Assembly (NCBI GenBank): GCA_040755995.1
Contig: JBFMAF010000025.1
Span: 1 to 41,553, forward strand
Source: Acidobacteriota bacterium
GTDB taxonomy: Bacteria; Acidobacteriota; CAIWXX01
Length of the DNA: 41,553 nt
Direction of reading: 5' to 3'
Positions 26,253 to 35,093 of this stretch are shown in pieces. A program made the translations under genes and the position numbers. Position 1 is the stretch's first letter, and each line of letters begins with the position of its first letter. A model generated the notes under the pieces. That model saw nothing but the letters and a program-made list of their open reading frames with translations. It was not told the DNA's origin and made no database searches.

Positions 26253-27956
26253 TCAGGAAGCGGCTCTGCACGAGACGGAGGCCGGTAGACAAGGGCCGCA
26301 GAGCCCGTGGGTGGAGCTATCCAGGTCCCAGGTGCAGCCGCGACATCTCTCGAAGCGGTGGTGCCCTGTCTTGTACTTCGAGTACGCAAGGGCATTCGAG
26401 TTGAAGATCTCGAATTCGCTCAGAAGCGCGTGGTCCTCCGGCCGGAAGATGCATCGCGGCAATGGACCGGCAATCGCGAGGGTCTTGTGCGCTCTCCGCG
26501 CCGCCGCCAGCAAAGCGACGACTCGGTCCCCGTTCTGCGACGTCAGGTCATCTTCGCCGAACTCGAACGAGATGAGGTACGGCAGGCTGCGTGGGTCCAA
26601 CCCGTCCAGGTCGCCGGCTCGAAGTGTTCTCTGAGCGCCCACGATCTCGCGCATCGCGGCGTCGTACACGCCTCCGCGGTAGTCCAGCTTCACCTGGAAC
26701 GGTGAGGTGCCGAAGAGCACAACGACTTCCTCCAACTCGCTCACCTTCAACTTCGGGCTCGCACACGGCCAGAGCCTCGGGTGGAGATGCTCCAGGTCCC
26801 TTCCCTCGAACATATGACGATAGTTCTCGAACTCGGCCGTGCCGGGGATGGGAGTGTAGGCGAGGGGTGTGAGTCTGCACCCGAGCGCCCAGGCCTCGCG
26901 GCACGACCGGATGATGCTGTCCAGGCTCTGATCGGGCATCCCGAACAACACGAAGATCCTGATCTGGTCTCCGGTGAAGCCTGCGGCCTTGAACATCTCC
27001 ACCGATTTCTCCAGGGCTGTGAGTCCCGACGGCCGATGGAACCGATCCTTGTACAGCGCCTCGTCGACGCTTTCGAGCGGCAGCGCGAGCCGCACGACGC
27101 CCGCCTGCTTCATCTTCACGGCAAGCTCCGGGTACAGCAGGTTGGGCTGCAGCCCCTCGGGGAAATCGATCTTCACGTGCAGGCCGTCCTCGATGATGAG
27201 GTCCAGGAGCCTTTCCAGGTGGCGCCGGGCGTTGACGAGGAGGTTGGACTCCCACATGTGGAATTCCGTGATCCCGAAGCGCGTGACGATCTCCTTCATC
27301 TCGTTGAAGACCGATTCGGGGCTGCGAAAGCGCATCCTGGAACCCTCGAGAATCGAGACGGCGCAGTAGCTGCAGTGGTGCGGGCACCCGCGAGTCGACT
27401 TGACGACGGCGAAGGAGGGGACGAAAGGCAGCAGGTCCATCGCCGCCGGATGATCGCTGGCCTCGAACAGCTCACCGACAAAAACCCTGTCCGCCCCGGA
27501 CCTCCGGGCGTGATCAGGGCACAGGGTCGGGTACGGCCCGCCGAGCACCACCGGGACGCCGGGGAACCTCTGCTTGCAGAGCTCGATCACCTTGTGCACG
27601 GGCTTCCAGTAGTAAGTCATGGACGAGGTGACGTAGATTTCGTCAGGCCTCTCGCGTTCCAGCAGCTGCCTCTCGAAATCGTCCCACGGAATGCCTGCGT
27701 GATAGACGGTCTTGCTGATCCGTTCGTTTTCGTAGTTCCCGCACGGCGCCTCATGCACGGCGAAGGCACCGCGTTTCACGAAGTCGTCGCAATCAATGAG
27801 CGAGACCTCATGTCCCAGGTCTCTGAGGTAGCCACCGATCTTCAGCAGCCCGGTAGGCAACGCCATCGTGTCTATGAACGGGAAGAACTCGTGCTTCGGC
27901 GGGTTGATTAGAAGTATCTTCTTCTTGCCTTCCGGAGGTACCTTCAATTCAGTCAT
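26253..27956 (-). CDS. cobalamin-binding radical SAM protein with extra Cys-rich C-terminal domain
   Basis: ILLINPP...PTGLL.I, VVLGGPYPT (B12 domain); TRGCPHHCSYC; YTPIPGT; C-terminal CxxC...CxxC. Confidence 0.88.
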   Translation of the reverse strand: MTELKVPPEGKKKILLINPPKHEFFPFIDTMALPTGLLKIGGYLRDLGHEVSLIDCDDFVKRGAFAVHEAPCGNYENERISKTVYHAGIPWDDFERQLLERERPDEIYVTSSMTYYWKPVHKVIELCKQRFPGVPVVLGGPYPTLCPDHARRSGADRVFVGELFEASDHPAAMDLLPFVPSFAVVKSTRGCPHHCSYCAVSILEGSRMRFRSPESVFNEMKEIVTRFGITEFHMWESNLLVNARRHLERLLDLIIEDGLHVKIDFPEGLQPNLLYPELAVKMKQAGVVRLALPLESVDEALYKDRFHRPSGLTALEKSVEMFKAAGFTGDQIRIFVLFGMPDQSLDSIIRSCREAWALGCRLTPLAYTPIPGTAEFENYRHMFEGRDLEHLHPRLWPCASPKLKVSELEEVVVLFGTSPFQVKLDYRGGVYDAAMREIVGAQRTLRAGDLDGLDPRSLPYLISFEFGEDDLTSQNGDRVVALLAAARRAHKTLAIAGPLPRCIFRPEDHALLSEFEIFNSNALAYSKYKTGHHRFERCRGCTWDLDSSTHGLCGPCLPASVSCRAAS

Positions 27957-28060
27957 CGACCGTCCCGGTGCGCGCGTTCAGCCGGCTCGCTCGCGCTTGC
28001 CCCTCCGCCCATTATCGCACATTCAAGCCACGCGGGTGCGCGGGAGCGAGCGCCCGCATC

Positions 28061-28084
28061 CACTCGTTCACTCGTTCACTCGTT
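28061..28084. repeat. 8-bp tandem repeat CACTCGTT x3
   Basis: Exact triple repeat in the divergent intergenic region. Confidence 0.75.
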
Positions 28085-28141
28085 TCGCAGCGTTGACGCA
28101 CCTGCCGTCGCATGCTATCTTTGCTCGTTTGGAGGTAAACA

Positions 28142-28852
28142 TTGCGGTTCAGGATAGATGACGTCGCGGCGCACTGGGACCACACGGCGCACGACGATTA
28201 CGACGGAATAAACAGCAAGACAAACTCATACATGCGCCGCTTCGAAGAGGGATACAACCTGCTCGGAATGGAAGACGGCGCCTACGTTCTGGATGCCGGG
28301 TGCGGCACCGGCAACGGGATCGTCTTCTTCAGCCAACGAAAGAAGATCTCTGGAATCGGCGTCGACGTGTCGCAGGCAATGCTGGACCTGGCTCAGAACA
28401 AGATCGCCAGCCTGGGCGTACCCTTCAAGGTATACAAGCAGGACGTCGAAGACATGGTGGGGATGGATTCCACCTTCGACGCCGCTCTCTCGTTCGAAGT
28501 GCTCGAACACACGCCTGCGCCCCGCACCTATCTCGCTCAGGTCTACCGTATGCTGAAGCCCGGCGGGAAGGCCGTGTTCACGACGCCCAATACCTCCTGG
28601 GCAGCCGTCCACTGGTTCGTCGGCGTCACCGGCATCCATCACTCCGAGGGCCCTCACTACTTCATCCCCCGCAACGAGCTCGTGGAGCTCTTGACCGGCG
28701 TCGGGTTCAAGATACTGCGCGAGAAGACCTCGGTGATGATCCCGGTCGGACCGGAGTTCCTGCTGAGATGGGGACGCCGCATCGAAGAGAAGCTGGGCGA
28801 GAGGTGGATGAGCAAGGTTGGGCTTCGCCGTATTTTCGTGGTGCAGAAGTAA
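28142..28852 (+). CDS. class I SAM-dependent methyltransferase
   Basis: VLDAGCGTG, GVDVS, FD...SFEVLEH, LKPGG...FTTPN; TTG start after GGAGGT. Confidence 0.9.
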   Translation: MRFRIDDVAAHWDHTAHDDYDGINSKTNSYMRRFEEGYNLLGMEDGAYVLDAGCGTGNGIVFFSQRKKISGIGVDVSQAMLDLAQNKIASLGVPFKVYKQDVEDMVGMDSTFDAALSFEVLEHTPAPRTYLAQVYRMLKPGGKAVFTTPNTSWAAVHWFVGVTGIHHSEGPHYFIPRNELVELLTGVGFKILREKTSVMIPVGPEFLLRWGRRIEEKLGERWMSKVGLRRIFVVQK

Positions 28853-28969
28853 CAGAACCGATTCTCGCCTTCGATGCTTCAGGGGTTTCTCGGAAATGGA
28901 ACCGTCAGGATGGACGGCTTCTTCTGTCGACATCCTGCCGTGCCGCCAGTAGATCAGGGGAGGTGAACG

Positions 28970-29521
28970 ATGAAGCTGGCTTTGACAGTGCTGTTGATGT
29001 CCCTCGCCGCGTGCACGGCAGAGGCTTCCGGAATCTTCGGCATAGGAGCGCATGTGGCGAGCCTGAGCTCGTCAGACGCCGCGGAGAACAAGGTCCTCGC
29101 CGGCGGCCACATCAGGCTCAGGCTCGGGTCGTGCATGGGCATCGAGGCATCGGTCGACTACTGGGAGAACACTTTCGAGCAGGGATCACCGGCTCAGAAG
29201 GCGACCGTAAAGAGCCTGCCCGTTCTCCTTTCGTTGACCACAGACATCATCCCGCAGAGTCCCGTGTCACCTTACGTGCTCGGCGGCGGCGGCTGGTACT
29301 TCAACAGGATCGAGATGAAGACCGAGTATGTCACGATCAACGAAGATGACGTGCGATTCGGCTACCACCTCGGCGGTGGAATCCTCGTGAAGGCCACCGA
29401 CCGATTGACAATCCACGGCGACTACCGATACACCAACGTGGACATCAAGGTCGAAGACCTCGACGTTGACTTCAACGCCAACGGCCACATGATCACGGGC
29501 GGCGTCACGTTCTACTTCTGA
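28970..29521 (+). CDS. outer-membrane beta-barrel (OmpA/porin-like) protein
   Basis: Signal peptide; SPYVLGGGGWY, FGYHLGGG, DYRY; terminal aromatic ...VTFYF. Confidence 0.85.
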   Translation: MKLALTVLLMSLAACTAEASGIFGIGAHVASLSSSDAAENKVLAGGHIRLRLGSCMGIEASVDYWENTFEQGSPAQKATVKSLPVLLSLTTDIIPQSPVSPYVLGGGGWYFNRIEMKTEYVTINEDDVRFGYHLGGGILVKATDRLTIHGDYRYTNVDIKVEDLDVDFNANGHMITGGVTFYF

Positions 29522-29584
29522 AGAAGGGTTGCTCGGGCCTGGGAGTGCGCAGCCACAGCTTAGGTAGTCCGCGCGGTCGGTTCC

Positions 29585-29616
29585 GACGCGGGGACGCGGA
29601 GACACGGCGACGCGGT
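29585..29616. repeat. 8-bp tandem repeat GACRCGGN x4
   Basis: gacgcggg gacgcgga gacacggc gacgcggt. Confidence 0.75.
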
Positions 29617-29764
29617 GAAGGGCTTTTGCCGCGTGCTCAGCGTCTCCCCCACACCGCGCCCCCGCGATCACAACCTACTGTGGCCAGCGGAACTCCCAAG
29701 AAAATCACATCCCACGGGCCGGTCGTGCGTTATCATGGTGGAGAAGAACCGGAGGAGTGAGAGA

Positions 29765-30691
29765 ATGAGCAGAAAACTGGGCGGCCTGATTCTGGTCCTG
29801 CTGCTGGGAGACGCGGCCTGCTACCAGAGTGCCGATCGCGCCGCGCGCATTGCTGCGCCCGAGATGCAGGACAAAGCGTTGGTGACCTCCACGCTTCAAA
29901 GAGACGAGAGCACGAAAATGGCCGAGACCGGGGCGGCTCCGTCCTCACCCGCGCCTGACAAGAGCACGCCCGCTCAGCCAGTGGCCGTCCCGGTCCAACG
30001 CAAGATCATCCGGTCCGGCCAGATGAACCTCGAAGTCGCCGCCGTCGACAAGGCCGGAGAAGCGGTGAAGGCCTTCGTGGCATCCATCGGCGGCTACACC
30101 GCCGATGAATCGCAGAGCCAGAACCCATACTCGGTCAGACAAATGTCCATCACCTGCCGGATCCCCGCCGAGAAACTCGAGGCGGCCCTGGCGAAGTTCA
30201 AGGAGATTGGGAAACTCGAAAGCCTCTCGATCAGCGCCAACGACATCACGGAACAGTACTTCAACCTGGAGATCCGCATCCGCAACCAGAAGCGCCTCGA
30301 GGCGGAGCTGCTGGAGCTGCTGAGCCGACCGACCAACAAACTGGCGGACCTGCTGGAGGTCGAGCGCGAGGTCGCCCGAGTGCGGGGCGAAATAGACGAG
30401 ATGGAAGGGCGCAAGCGTTTTTGGGACAACCAGGTGGAATTCTCGACGATTGTAGTAAGCATGCACGAGCCGCGCCCGGCCATCGCCGGGGGCGAGGGCG
30501 GTGCCTTCCGCAAGCTCCTCCGCGCCTTCCGCGAGGCCGGCGAGAACTTCGTCGATGCGGTCGCCGCGATCATAGCCGCCAGCGGCGCCCTGATTCCGGT
30601 CGCAGCGGTGCTGGCCGCGGTCGGCTGGCTCATAGGCAAGCTCTGGAGAAGGCGCAAACGGGCCCGCCCGCCCGAGCCGCCGAGGCCGTAA
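29765..30691 (+). CDS. DUF4349-family lipoprotein/membrane protein
   Basis: RKIIRSG...LEV, RIPAE, DITEQY..LE.R..N, LLEVERE..RVRGEI..MEG, V.FSTI; C-terminal TM helix. Confidence 0.85.
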   Translation: MSRKLGGLILVLLLGDAACYQSADRAARIAAPEMQDKALVTSTLQRDESTKMAETGAAPSSPAPDKSTPAQPVAVPVQRKIIRSGQMNLEVAAVDKAGEAVKAFVASIGGYTADESQSQNPYSVRQMSITCRIPAEKLEAALAKFKEIGKLESLSISANDITEQYFNLEIRIRNQKRLEAELLELLSRPTNKLADLLEVEREVARVRGEIDEMEGRKRFWDNQVEFSTIVVSMHEPRPAIAGGEGGAFRKLLRAFREAGENFVDAVAAIIAASGALIPVAAVLAAVGWLIGKLWRRRKRARPPEPPRP

Positions 30692-30802
30692 GCGTGCCGC
30701 GCGCGGCGGCCGACGTTGCACGGCCTGGCCCGTGAACCGCGGAATGCTGCCCGGGCATGCTGCCTCTTGCGCCGGTCTCCGCGAGTCCGGATAATGGGTC
30801 CC

Positions 30803-31438
30803 ATGGGCCGACGCATCGCGATCCTCGGCGGCAGCTTCAACCCTCCTCATCTCGGGCACCGCAAGATATGCAGCCACCTGCTGGCGCAGGGTTTTGACGA
30901 AGTGTGGGTCGTTCCGTGCTATCGTCACCCGTTTGGCAAGCGACTCGCCGCCTTCAAACATCGTCTCGAGATGTGTCGCCTGATGTTCGCCGGTCTGCGC
31001 GCACACGTCCTGGACATCGAGAGGCGCATCGGTGGAGTGAGCCGGACGGTGAACACTCTGGAGGCGCTGCGCAGAGAGCACCCGGGCATTCGCCCGGCGT
31101 TGGTCATGGGATCGGATGCATCCAGGGACACAGGCAAGTGGCTCGACTTCGAGCGTATTCGCAAGCTGGCGACGATAGTAGTGATTCCGAGGCCGGGAGG
31201 CTCCGGGCGCGGCCCGTTTCTCTCCCCGCTCAGCAGCACCGGTGTGCGAAGCAAGCTGGCCGGCGGCGTCGAGGTCGATCGCGACACTGGGCGGCGCGTC
31301 GCCCGGTATATCAGGGACCACCATCTTTACGGAGGCTCGTACGCCGGGCCGCGGCTCCCTCGTACGGTACGTCAGACAAGCTGCACGGGCGGCGCAGGCA
31401 CCACGCGAGTGTCAACTCGCCGCCACGCTCGCGCCTGA
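30803..31438 (+). CDS. nadD: nicotinate-nucleotide adenylyltransferase
   Basis: IAILGGSFNPPHLGH, HPFGK, MGSD, W.DF, SST.VR, YIRDHHLY. Confidence 0.92.
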   Translation: MGRRIAILGGSFNPPHLGHRKICSHLLAQGFDEVWVVPCYRHPFGKRLAAFKHRLEMCRLMFAGLRAHVLDIERRIGGVSRTVNTLEALRREHPGIRPALVMGSDASRDTGKWLDFERIRKLATIVVIPRPGGSGRGPFLSPLSSTGVRSKLAGGVEVDRDTGRRVARYIRDHHLYGGSYAGPRLPRTVRQTSCTGGAGTTRVSTRRHARA

Positions 31439-31626
31439 AGGCGGCCGCCTGCTTGAACCTGGCCGGGGCGTGCGCCGCACTCCCTTACGACGCGGCCTAC
31501 TGCGCGGTGCCGCGGGAGGCCGCTTGATTTTTCGCGATCGGGCCACTAATCTTCCTCCGTGATGTGGCCCGGCTGCGCACCAAAGGAATGCCGGGCCGTG
31601 CGCCAACAATTCAACGGAGAAACAGA

Positions 31627-32469
31627 ATGAAAACGAATCGACTCTGTGCGCTAGTGGCCGTGGGGGCTATGCTGGCGGTGACCATGGGCTGTATCAATTC
31701 GGAGACCTTGATCAAGGTCAACGCCGACGGGAGCGGGACCATCGTCGAGACGATGACGATGAACCCGGAGGCGATCAAGCAGATGGCAAAGCAGATGGGC
31801 GGCGAGGGCGGCGAATCTTCGATGAAGATGACTGAGAAGAAGGAGCCGTTCTCGGAGGCCGAGGCGAAGGCCAAGGTGGCGCAATTCGGCCAGGGCGTAA
31901 CATTCGTCTCCGCCGAGCCGATCGACACCAAGGAAGCCAAGGGCATGCGCGTGACGTACGCATTCAAGGACGTCACCAAGCTCAACATCAGCCAGAAGCC
32001 GGCCGGACCCGGCCCCGCCGGAGCCGGCGAACCGGCCAAGGCCGCAGACGAAGACCAGCTCAAGTTCGCATTTGCCAGGCTGCCCAACGGCAATTCGCTT
32101 CTGACCATCCACACGGGCGGCATGGGCGACGCGATGAAGAAGGGGAGCGGGTCGAGCGCCCCGGCTGCGAAGCAGGAGGAAACGCCGCCGGAAATGCTCG
32201 AGATGATGAAGGGCATGTTCAAGGGGCTTCGCATCGCGGTCCTCATCGACGTTGACGGCAAGATCGTCAAGACCAACAGCCCATACGTGAGCGGCTCCTC
32301 CGTCACAATTCTCGACATCAACTTCGAGGCGTTGATGAACGAAGAGGACAAGCTGAAGCAGCTCGATTCGAGCGCCTCCATCGAGAGCATGAAGGCCGTT
32401 CTCAAGGACGTGAAGGGGATCAAGGTGAACCTCGATCCCGATGTGAAAATCGAATTCACCGGGCGGTAG
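31627..32469 (+). CDS. hypothetical lipoprotein (LppM-like N-terminus)
   Basis: Lipobox MGC followed by INSETLIKVNADGSGT; strong coding bias. Confidence 0.8.
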   Translation: MKTNRLCALVAVGAMLAVTMGCINSETLIKVNADGSGTIVETMTMNPEAIKQMAKQMGGEGGESSMKMTEKKEPFSEAEAKAKVAQFGQGVTFVSAEPIDTKEAKGMRVTYAFKDVTKLNISQKPAGPGPAGAGEPAKAADEDQLKFAFARLPNGNSLLTIHTGGMGDAMKKGSGSSAPAAKQEETPPEMLEMMKGMFKGLRIAVLIDVDGKIVKTNSPYVSGSSVTILDINFEALMNEEDKLKQLDSSASIESMKAVLKDVKGIKVNLDPDVKIEFTGR

Positions 32470-32520
32470 TAGGGGCAACCCCCCGTGGTTGCCCTCGGCG
32501 CAACCCCCCGTGGTTGCTCT
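32469..32520 (+). repeat. GTAG-family REP palindrome plus partial second copy
   Basis: GTAG-GGGCAACC-CCCCGT-GGTTGCCC-T (32469-32495), then GCAACCCCCCGTGGTTGC again at 32500. Confidence 0.75.
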
Positions 32521-32781
32521 GGATCGCACATCGTGCGCCCTGGCTGCACCGGAGAGGACGGAGTGGAGCGGAGACGCTCGGCTGGGCATGCCGAGCCGCA
32601 AGATCCTGGGGAACCATTGAAATCCTACTGACTGCTGGTAGGATTAGTATCGCGATCGTTGCTGCGGGCAAGCGACGGTGCTACACACGCGTACACACTC
32701 CACGTCGGCACCCGCCCTTGGTGGGGGGCGCCGCCGGGGTTGGGACCAGAACAACTCAGCACATAAAGAGGAGGTGGGACA

Positions 32782-33150
32782 ATGCAAGAGACTGGGGCTG
32801 GAGCCGGCGGGCTCGGCACGGGGTTCTTTCTCATCTGGCTGGTGATCCTCGTAGTGGTCATCGCCGGTCTGTGGAAGGTCTTCACGAAGGCAGGGAAGCC
32901 GGGATGGGCATGTATCATCCCGATCTACAACGTGATCGTCATCCTCCAGATCGCCGGGAGGCCGGTCTGGTGGATCATTTTGTTGCTGATCCCGGTGGTG
33001 AATCTCGTCATCGCCATCATGGTCGGCATAGACATCGCCAAGGCCTTCGGCAAGGGAACAGGCTTCGGGCTTGGACTGGTCTTCCTCGGTTTCATCTTCT
33101 ACCCGATACTCGGATTCGGGAGCGCGGAGTACGTGGGACCACAGAGGTAG
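32782..33150 (+). CDS. DUF5684-like small membrane protein
   Basis: WKVFTKAGKPGWA.IIPIYN, IPVVN, AKAFGKGTGFGLGL, ILGFG.A.Y; AGGAGGT RBS. Confidence 0.85.
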   Translation: MQETGAGAGGLGTGFFLIWLVILVVVIAGLWKVFTKAGKPGWACIIPIYNVIVILQIAGRPVWWIILLLIPVVNLVIAIMVGIDIAKAFGKGTGFGLGLVFLGFIFYPILGFGSAEYVGPQR

Positions 33151-33532
33151 ATGGGTTTCGGACCTGGAGACTACGAATACACAAATCACGCGGTGGGGTG
33201 GGGTCCCGATCGGCGGTCGGGCCTCACCCTCCCGCCTTCCTCGCTTCGCTCTGCACTTCGCCTCACGTGCGCGACTCCTGGCCTCTGAAGATGCTGGAAA
33301 ACCAACAGGCTGTGCTTGTTTTGCAGTCTGCGGACGGCGGATTCCTGCGTGCTTCGAGTGCGCGTCGTGCGATATGGAGCGGCACGATCTGGCACCTAAG
33401 GTCGACGGGACGTTCCATGCCCGAATCCAGGGCGGGCGAATAAGAGAGACGCCGGGCCCGAGGCGAAGCTCCACTAGGACTTCGACCTATCTTACTATCG
33501 GGCCCATTCGCTGATTGCGGGGACGTGTGCTC

Positions 33533-33552
33533 TGCATATAATAGAGTATGCG
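33533..33552. promoter_or_regulatory. candidate enhancer-binding-protein site (inverted repeat)
   Basis: TGCATA-N8-TATGCG with an AT-rich core, ~75-95 bp upstream of the -24 element. Confidence 0.4.
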
Positions 33553-33625
33553 ATCTCGCGCAAGCGGCGTGGTTACGAGACAGGAACAGGTGCGAGCGAC
33601 GCATACGCAGCCCGGAGCGGCGGCC

Positions 33626-33641
33626 CGGCACGATTCTTGCA
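33626..33641 (+). promoter_or_regulatory. sigma-54 (-24/-12) promoter of the metal efflux operon
   Basis: CGGCACG-ATTC-TTGCA, GG-N10-GC spacing exact, 160 nt before the TolC ATG. Confidence 0.7.
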
Positions 33642-33800
33642 GAGTTCCACCGGGAGGTCGACGTGAGAGAAGGCGAGTCTTCGGCTGCGACACGGTCCAT
33701 CCTGGCTTTCCGGTCTAGTCGGATCTCGACCAGCCGCCAGGCGGACATGAGGTTTCTCGATAGTGTCAGCGCCATCCGTAATTGCAGGGGGATCTGTGTG

Positions 33801-35093
33801 ATGGGCAAGTGGACGACCATGAGTATGCTTTCGGGGCTCACTCTCGTGAGTGCAATGCCGGTTCCAGCGGGTCTGCCGGCCGAGGAGCCGGTTGCGCTTG
33901 CGGCGGTGGTAGAGGAGGCGGTGCAGCGGAACCCGGAGCTTCAAGCTTCGAAGGCCATGTACGAGGCATCGACATTCCGGCCGTCTCAGGAGGGCGCACT
34001 CCCGGACCCAACCATAGGCATCATGTCAACCAGCATGACCAACCCGATCCCGCTCTATTATGCGGATCCGATCGCCAATGTCGCCATACGGGCATCGCAG
34101 GAGATCCCGTACCCTGGGAAACGGCGGCTGGCCAGCGAGGCGGCAAAGCTGGAATCCGAGGCCCTGGAGCAGTCCTATCAGGCGCGGCGTTTGGCCGTTA
34201 TCGCCTGGGCGAAGGAGGCCTACTTCGCGATCGCTTACTATGACCGGGCGCTGCGGCTCCTCGGCGAGAACCTGGTGTTGCTCGATGAGCTCTCACGCGC
34301 CGCCCAGACGCGGTACGCCGTCGGCACTTCTTCCCAGCAGGACGTCCTGAGAGCCCAGACTGAAATCTCGGTATTGACGGCTCGAAAGGTCGCGATCGAG
34401 CAGCAACGACAGGCGGCCGTGGCCAGGCTGAACGGGCTGCTTAACCGACCCGCAGGCACGCCCTTCGGAACGCCGGTTGACTACCCGATACCCGCTCTTC
34501 CTCCTCTGGCGGCCGATTTGCGCGAAGGAGCGAGAGCGAGGTCGCCTGAGCTCAGGGCTCGGCAACTGGACCTGGATGCTGCGGCTGCGAAGCTCGAGCT
34601 GGCGAAAAAACAGCTCATGCCGGACTTCATGCTCGGCGCATCATACGGTTACTCCCGCGAGTATCGCGACATGTGGCAGCTCAACTTAGACCTGAAGGTG
34701 CCGCTCTATCGCCGTGAGAAGCAGAAGATGGGCATACAGGAAGAGACACGCAACGTGGAAGTCGCGCGCCGGGAGCTCGACGGCGCGCTCCAGACGGTCA
34801 CCGCCGGCATCGAGGAACAGTACGCAATGGCCGCAGCCGCATGGCGCCTCATCACGCTTTACGACTCAGGGATCATTCCTCAGGCCCGCCTCACACTCGA
34901 AGCTTCTCTTTCCAGCTACAAGGTCGGCGAGGTCGACTTCCTCACGGTTGTGACGAACTTCATCTCGGTCCTGGAGTATCGAATGAACTACTATGAGCAG
35001 GTGTCCGACTACCAGAAGGCTTTGAGTCAGATCGAGCAACTCGCCGCGACCGAGCTGCTTTCGACCCAGGCTACCACGGAGAACAAGTCATGA
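33801..35093 (+). CDS. TolC-family outer-membrane efflux protein (CusC/CzcC-like)
   Basis: NPEL, LPDP, SQEIPYPGKR, AYF, RYAVG...QQDVLRAQ, YKVGEVDFL; ATG 33801 after GGGGGA. Confidence 0.9.
   Translation: MGKWTTMSMLSGLTLVSAMPVPAGLPAEEPVALAAVVEEAVQRNPELQASKAMYEASTFRPSQEGALPDPTIGIMSTSMTNPIPLYYADPIANVAIRASQEIPYPGKRRLASEAAKLESEALEQSYQARRLAVIAWAKEAYFAIAYYDRALRLLGENLVLLDELSRAAQTRYAVGTSSQQDVLRAQTEISVLTARKVAIEQQRQAAVARLNGLLNRPAGTPFGTPVDYPIPALPPLAADLREGARARSPELRARQLDLDAAAAKLELAKKQLMPDFMLGASYGYSREYRDMWQLNLDLKVPLYRREKQKMGIQEETRNVEVARRELDGALQTVTAGIEEQYAMAAAAWRLITLYDSGIIPQARLTLEASLSSYKVGEVDFLTVVTNFISVLEYRMNYYEQVSDYQKALSQIEQLAATELLSTQATTENKS

Noticed and set aside
31345..31438. C-terminal extensions of NadD (and of Nfo at ~22320-22415) as new domains
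   Set aside because: Short, Arg/Gly-rich and without motif; most simply stop-codon drift in GC-rich DNA
33380..33396. Second sigma-54 promoter (CGGCACGATCTGGCA)
   Set aside because: GG-GC spacing is 9 rather than 10 and the TTGC box is absent
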